DNA of 64,000 nucleotides from Candidatus Binatia bacterium (GTDB lineage Bacteria; Desulfobacterota; Binatia; HRBIN30): NCBI GenBank assembly GCA_038245295.1, contig JBBRSP010000021.1, positions 26,181 to 90,180 of the forward strand, read 5' to 3'. Shown piece by piece: positions 60,422 to 64,000 of this stretch (position 1 is its first letter; each line of letters starts with the position of its first letter). The notes under the pieces were generated by a model. It saw only the letters and a program-made list of their open reading frames with translations, ran no database searches and was not told where the DNA came from. The position numbers and the translations under genes were made by a program.

Positions 60422-62630
60422 TGGTGTGCTCGCAAATTGCGCTGGCATCGGCGACGGCGGCGATGATCTCGTCGACACTGATCATGGCGTCACCGTTCAA
60501 ATCGCCAGCTTCACAGGTTGTCGGTCGCTCGAGATCTAGCGCGATGGCGACTAGCGCGACGAGCTCGTCGATGGTGACGTGACCATCGGCATCACAGTCG
60601 CCGGTGCACTCTTCGCTATCCGTTTGGGGAATGTGTTCGTACGACACGACTCCGAAGCCGTTGGTTGCGCCAAGCAACGTGTCGGGTGCGAGTGGGGAAA
60701 TCAGCAGCGTTTGCGGATCTACAGGCGACCCCGAATTGCGCAAGGTGCGCCAATGGTCCCCGGCGTCAGCGCTCCAAGCCAGGCTCGGGCGTCCCCGCCG
60801 GAGCCCCGCCACATAGACAACACCGGGCTTCGTCGGATGCACCACGAACGACGAGATGCTCAGGTTGCTCACACCCGGAAACGGGTGCAGATCCGTCCAC
60901 GCAACGCCTGCGTCGTCGGAGCGTCTCAATCTTCCTTGGTCGACTGCGTAGAGGCGCGTCGGGCGCCGCGGATCCACGGCGAGCTGCGTCACATCCGAGA
61001 GCTCGCCGCTATCGATGCGTATCCAGCTCGAACCGCCATTCACGGTTCGGTACAGCCCGCTCGAGCGGGGACCGGCATAGAGTGTTGTCGGTTGGGCAGG
61101 GTCGATCACCAGCACTTGGATTGCCGCGCTCGACCCGATCGGCAACCCCGCACTGGCATCAGTCCAGTTGGTTCCGCCGTTCACTGTCTTCAAGGCTCCG
61201 CCCGTGGTCAGGGCTACGTACAGCGTCGCGGGCGAAGAAGGCTCGCTGACGAGCGTGTTGCCGATGGTGTCGAGACTCTCGACCTGCTGCCAGGTTGCAC
61301 CGTCGTTCGTCGAGCGAAAGACGCCCGCATACGAGGCGGCGAAGAGTGTAGCGTGTTGGAGTGGATCGACCACGAACCCTTCGATCGGCCAGTCGGGGAG
61401 GTGCAGTGCGGTGAGTTGCCAGGAGTGGCCACCGTCGGAGCTTCTGAAAAGTCTCGGCAGTGGCCCGTCGACGACCGCGTAGAGGGCAAGGGTCGGACCC
61501 GACGGCGCGACGAGGGATCGGACACTGGTGTTGTTCATGCCGTTGCTTGCGCTGTGCCACGTTTGACCCGCGTCGGTGCTTTTCAACACGCCGGCGTAGG
61601 CGCCACCGGCATACAGGACGGAGCTATCGTGCGGGTTGATCACGATGCTGGTGATCGGTTCCTGATCGGGAAGCCCGCTGGTCAGGGAAGTCCAGTGCTT
61701 TCCAAGATCGCGTGAGAACTGAATCTCGCCGTCCTTGCCAATGTATAACTTCTGCGAGTCGATTGGGTCGATGACGAAGCCAGCGTTCTCCCCGTACCAT
61801 TCGTTCTGGTCGAGACGCGCAAAGCGATCGCCGCTGTCGATGCTGCGAAAGATCTCGCCCCCGTTGGTTGTGACCCATAGGACTCCAGCCTGAACGGGGT
61901 CGGCGATGATCTCGTCCAGGCATTGGTATTCGCAGTACCCAGACTCAGTGCAGCCCCCGAGACCGCATCCCTTCGGCAGATCGGCGTCGATCTGCTGCCA
62001 CGTCTCGCCACGATTCAGGCTACGAAAGACGTAGTTGCCGAATCGTTCGTAGACATTGCCGGGAGAGCCGGCGCCGACGATCAGCTGCGACGCACTGGTC
62101 TGCGGAGCATCCTTACTCTTCCAGTACCAGGTCTCGCCGGCGTCGGTGCTGCGGAAGACACCGTAAGCGGTGGAAGCATATCGTATCGAAGGCGTACTGG
62201 GATCGAATGCGAGCAGGGAGGAAGGATCACGCGGCATGCCCGCATCGTCTTCCCAGTGGTCCCCGGCGTCGTAGCTGACCAGCGGCGCGAGGCGTCCGTC
62301 GTTGGATTCGACGTGAAGGGTGTTGGGCACCAGCGGGTCGGCGACTAACCAAGTCTCGTAGAAATACCGATTGTAGGAGGCAAGCGCGGTCCAGCGTTCA
62401 CCCTGGTCATTGCTGCGATAGGTGATTCCTGAGCCGGTCACGGCGTACAGAGTCGGTGGCAGGAATGAATCAGTCAGCAAGCGTTCGATCTTGGCGCCTT
62501 CGGGGCCGCTCGTCGTCCAAGCATTCACCCCGGCCCTAGACTGCTGTGCGGAGCAGAAGAGGATCATGACAGATGCGGCGCAAGCTGAGAGGTGCGCCGA
62601 GTGCCACCGAGGCCCCCGAGTTGCGATCAT
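60408..62630 (-). CDS. Paralogous BNR beta-propeller protein with dockerin-like tag
   Basis: Same architecture; CTGDCDADGHVTIDELV...GDLNGDAMISVDEI. Confidence 0.85.
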   Translation of the reverse strand: MIATRGPRWHSAHLSACAASVMILFCSAQQSRAGVNAWTTSGPEGAKIERLLTDSFLPPTLYAVTGSGITYRSNDQGERWTALASYNRYFYETWLVADPLVPNTLHVESNDGRLAPLVSYDAGDHWEDDAGMPRDPSSLLAFDPSTPSIRYASTAYGVFRSTDAGETWYWKSKDAPQTSASQLIVGAGSPGNVYERFGNYVFRSLNRGETWQQIDADLPKGCGLGGCTESGYCEYQCLDEIIADPVQAGVLWVTTNGGEIFRSIDSGDRFARLDQNEWYGENAGFVIDPIDSQKLYIGKDGEIQFSRDLGKHWTSLTSGLPDQEPITSIVINPHDSSVLYAGGAYAGVLKSTDAGQTWHSASNGMNNTSVRSLVAPSGPTLALYAVVDGPLPRLFRSSDGGHSWQLTALHLPDWPIEGFVVDPLQHATLFAASYAGVFRSTNDGATWQQVESLDTIGNTLVSEPSSPATLYVALTTGGALKTVNGGTNWTDASAGLPIGSSAAIQVLVIDPAQPTTLYAGPRSSGLYRTVNGGSSWIRIDSGELSDVTQLAVDPRRPTRLYAVDQGRLRRSDDAGVAWTDLHPFPGVSNLSISSFVVHPTKPGVVYVAGLRRGRPSLAWSADAGDHWRTLRNSGSPVDPQTLLISPLAPDTLLGATNGFGVVSYEHIPQTDSEECTGDCDADGHVTIDELVALVAIALDLERPTTCEAGDLNGDAMISVDEIIAAVADASAICEHTNASQ

Positions 62631-62944
62631 CGGGTGGCAGTTCCGCCACGAATGCGCACCGTTGTCCAGGGATGCGCCACTCGCGCAGCGTTTTCGGACG
62701 GTGGCATTGACGTGCGTTTTGTCCGCACCCTACACGGGTTGCTTTGGGATCCGAGTCGAGGCTGTCGTGCGTTAGCTAGCTAGATCCACGACGTGGTCTT
62801 ATGTCTGATTGGCCCTTCGGACAGGATTGCTTGCGAAGTCTGCTGGGCCCTTGGTCTTGAAGTTCCTTGATCCGCCGATCGGTTGACGATGCAGGACGAG
62901 AGCGGCTCCAATACGATGAGGTCGTAACCGCAAACGCCTGACGA

Positions 62945-63423
62945 TCAGTCGTCGCAGTCGCTCAACGCGTTGTGCACCGCGGTGAGAATCTCGTCTACGG
63001 TAAGATGGTAGTCGCGGTCGGCGTCGCCGCCCAGACAGAGCGATAGGGGCGCGTCATCGATGACGACGTTTACCATGGTGAGAAGCTCCGGGATGGTGAC
63101 CGCGTGGTCGTTGTTGCAGTCGCCGACGCATGCTGGCGGCACCTGCTCGATGTCGAACACACCACGGCCGTCGGTTCCCGCGTAGAGCGTCGTGCGCGTG
63201 CCGGGGTTGATGGCGAGCGCGGAGATGCCCATTGCCGGCAGGCCGATGTTGGCGGCGCGCCAGGTGGCGCCGCCATCCGTGCTCTTGAACACCCCAGTCG
63301 TGTCTGGGGGCCGGTCTGCGTAGGGATCGACGGCGATCCCGGCGTAGAGCGTAGTGGTTGTGATCGGGTCTATAGTGAGCGCGCTGACGCCGTCGACCTC
63401 GAGAGCACTCCATGTGGCGCCGG
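62945..63423 (-). pseudogene. 5'-truncated third BNR + dockerin paralog
   Basis: Last blades (VFKSTDGGATW) and CVGDCNNDHAVTIPELL tag retained; the frame runs into an upstream stop near 63463 with no signal peptide. Confidence 0.65.
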
Positions 63424-63727
63424 AGCAGTGCTTCCGCAGATGCTTCCGCAGACACCCAATCTAGCTTCCACTGGCGCCGCAGCCCGCCGGTCCCGGTCGC
63501 TGGACATCGCGGCTGGTATAGTTGCGGGCACTTTGAGACGCGCGACCGGTTGATCGCTTGGTAAGGGCGGGGGTTCAAGCTCGAAAAGCGCGGCAGGAGG
63601 CAGTTGACCAGCGCGGAATCCCTGGGCCGAGGCAAGGCTCGGCGGGGGCGCGGCAGGCGGACGGCTTCGCAGGGTGCGAGAATGTGAATGCGGGTCTCGG
63701 GGAGGGCTTGATCGGAGACCCGCCTGC

Positions 63728-64000
63728 TTATCCCGTGTTGCGGTACATCCGGCGCGCCGCGACAATCCCCGCCGCGCGCTTGTGGCGGCGGCGCGTTCTC
63801 TCGGTGTCGATACGGTGCGCGTGCCCAACCATCGTGAAGAAGCGCTTGGAGTACGTGCGCAAGATCTCGATGAAGTGGGCGCTCTCGAGGCCGTGCCGTT
63901 CCAGCTTGGCGGCAACCACGGGTGGGACGGCTACTTCCTCGGTCTGGCGCACCGCCTCGGCGGCAAATCGCACGATCTCGACGTAGTCGGCGAAGGCGAC
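63728..64000 (-). mobile_element. Probable REP-associated tyrosine transposase (RAYT) C-terminus, 5'-partial
   Basis: FADYVEIVRFAAEAVR...PPVVAAKLERHGL...FFTMVG resembles the long-RAYT C-terminal tail; catalytic HUH region lies outside the window. Confidence 0.45.

Overview
GC-rich bacterial DNA. The recurrent CxGDC...VTVDEL...GD.N.DG.ISIDE dockerin-like tag resembles Candidatus Binatia/deltaproteobacterial proteins (inference). Bases 1-~38280 look like the right part of a genomic island ending in a 3' tRNA-Arg fragment with integrase arm-like repeats. The island has three parts: (i) a defence-like block (type IIG/Eco57I-like N6-adenine methyltransferase, two PLD-fold nucleases, a DUF6361-like protein, a frameshifted DUF488-like gene); (ii) a large serine recombinase/excisionase/Zn-finger module; (iii) a ~25 kb co-directional cluster of exported proteins. 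That cluster encodes a PpiC foldase, a P-domain/Ig-like protein, a compact TcA-like protein, a fused TcB-TcC (SpvB/FG-GAP/RHS) protein with an NlpC/P60 cargo, a fibre-like adhesin, and four cohesin/dockerin proteins including a six-cohesin scaffoldin. It is the best candidate for an undescribed system: a Sec-exported, possibly scaffold-tethered Tc-like toxin with a peptidoglycan-hydrolase-type payload. Right of the att site are decayed toxin-antitoxin genes, housekeeping genes (K+ channel, DUF4056, PAP2, EVE, Tgt-MnmC-like fusion, DTW, cysS, acs), REP-like palindromes, transposase remnants and tandem paralogous dockerin-tagged secreted proteins. All family calls come from motif recognition by eye; no searches were run.
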